A stretch of DNA of 62,640 bases, filler included, from Basidiobolus ranarum (taxonomy: Eukaryota): NCBI GenBank assembly GCA_040143965.1. It is 11 parts of 11 records of this genome, joined end to end, with 100 filler letters (N's around TTAATTAATTAA, not from the genome) between each part and the next. Parts side by side here need not be neighbours in the genome. Positions count along the whole stretch, not along the records: positions 57,065 to 62,640 come from JASJQH010001547.1; 10 more parts are not named here. One strand, given 5' to 3'. Below, in pieces: positions 61,653 through 62,640 of the stretch (positions within the stretch are counted from its first letter, which is position 1; each line of letters begins with the position of its first letter). The translations under genes were made by a program, and so were the position numbers. Below the pieces are notes generated by a model. The model was not told where the DNA came from. It saw only the letters and a program-made list of their open reading frames with translations, and did no database searches.

Positions 61653-61777
61653 TGGGGTTCGAATTATTTTGTTGTACGAATGGAGGTTCTCAAAAATGCT
61701 ACTTCCATTCACAGTCATGATATTCAAATGAGATAGGAAAGTTACAAATTTGGAAATGGAAAATCATTCTAACGGAG

Positions 61778-61878
61778 TCTACTACTAAGCTACTAAACAT
61801 GCTCGATGAACATGCTGGTTGAAATGTCTACTACTAAACATGCTGGTTGAAATGTCTACTACTAAACATGCTAGTTGT
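61778..61878. repeat. 28-bp imperfect tandem repeat, ~3 copies
   Basis: CTACTACTAAACATGCTGGTTGAAATGT and variants. Confidence 0.8.
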
Positions 61879-62640
61879 AAATTTTTCAGAATGGCTCCTC
61901 CAATATAGAGACTATTGCTAGCACTAAATAAGAAAATACAATTGTTTATCTAACATCACGCTGATCCATGTAAGAATATAGGAGTTAAACACCTACCTAT
62001 TCATATCGGGCTTAGCGTATAGAATGTTCATTTAATAACCATAGAAACATGTGGAACAATCACAAATATATTGCAAGTTTGAGACATGCAAATTCACTGA
62101 CCTGAAATGAAGTAACTATTCTTTTTGGTTGAAGTACAGAAAGTAAACGTAATTTTGTGTGTAGAACATCCGTGGAAGTAAGGTGAGCCAACTTGGGATG
62201 AATTTGGCCAACTTTGAAATTTTTAGTTCAGCATTGCTAATTCTTGGATAATTCGCATATATCCTAACTATATGCTTAAATGTGACTGAATAATGTTAAC
62301 TTAGATGTCCAGTAGTTAGATACATGCAATAAGCTTCAACATGTAAGTGAAAGTAATGAACATGGGATAAACTGAGGAATGTTAATCATGTTGAAAATGA
62401 GATAGATTCAGCATGTATATAGTCATATAGCTAGCTACCACCATGTTGTTATGAAGTATCTTCATGAGTAGTGAACCCTCAATATTGAGACAAACTTCAA
62501 AGCTCAAGGATTATATGACTTTCACAAGCTTGCCCAAGACACCCCAGACTCAGTACACATATTCCTGGAACCTTCCTAAACATATTCTATACATTGATTT
62601 GCCTATTTTTTGATGAAATTAGAAATATCAGCTAACACTC

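Overview
Eukaryotic (fungal) DNA, not one locus: 11 unrelated contigs of 5,624 down to 5,576 bp, sorted by length and joined by identical 100-nt artificial spacers (N44-TTAATTAATTAA-N44), so nothing can be inferred from adjacency across a spacer. Short GT-AG introns, NEW1, Met5-type sulfite reductase and Osm1-type fumarate reductase indicate a fungus; my impression is an early-diverging lineage (Zoopagomycota/Mucoromycota, e.g. Basidiobolus-like), which is inference only. Recognisable genes: SRP54 (3' part), RPS4, sulfite reductase beta subunit (3' part), a degenerate CAF16-like ABC protein, two bHLH-ZIP factors, two alpha/beta hydrolases (one frameshifted), a KDM3-type JmjC protein (5' part), leukotriene-A4 hydrolase/LAP2, NEW1, soluble fumarate reductase, a TDT/SLAC1 (SSU1/MAE1-like) transporter and two small secreted proteins. 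About a third of the window is decayed, CpG-poor Copia, Gypsy, EnSpm/CACTA and possibly LINE sequence. Best leads: (1) a 404-aa protein of eleven 31-aa charge-blocked repeats carrying G-RR and RF-G-R motifs; (2) a ~120-160 bp repeat found on three contigs that each time ends at the same base against a different LTR-like sequence; (3) a 69-aa microprotein that is essentially a spinophilin-type PP1-docking module; (4) a homeodomain-like segment fused to a KDM3 demethylase; (5) a CAF16-like pseudo-ATPase; (6) a bHLH factor with NFAT/Crz1-like calcineurin motifs.
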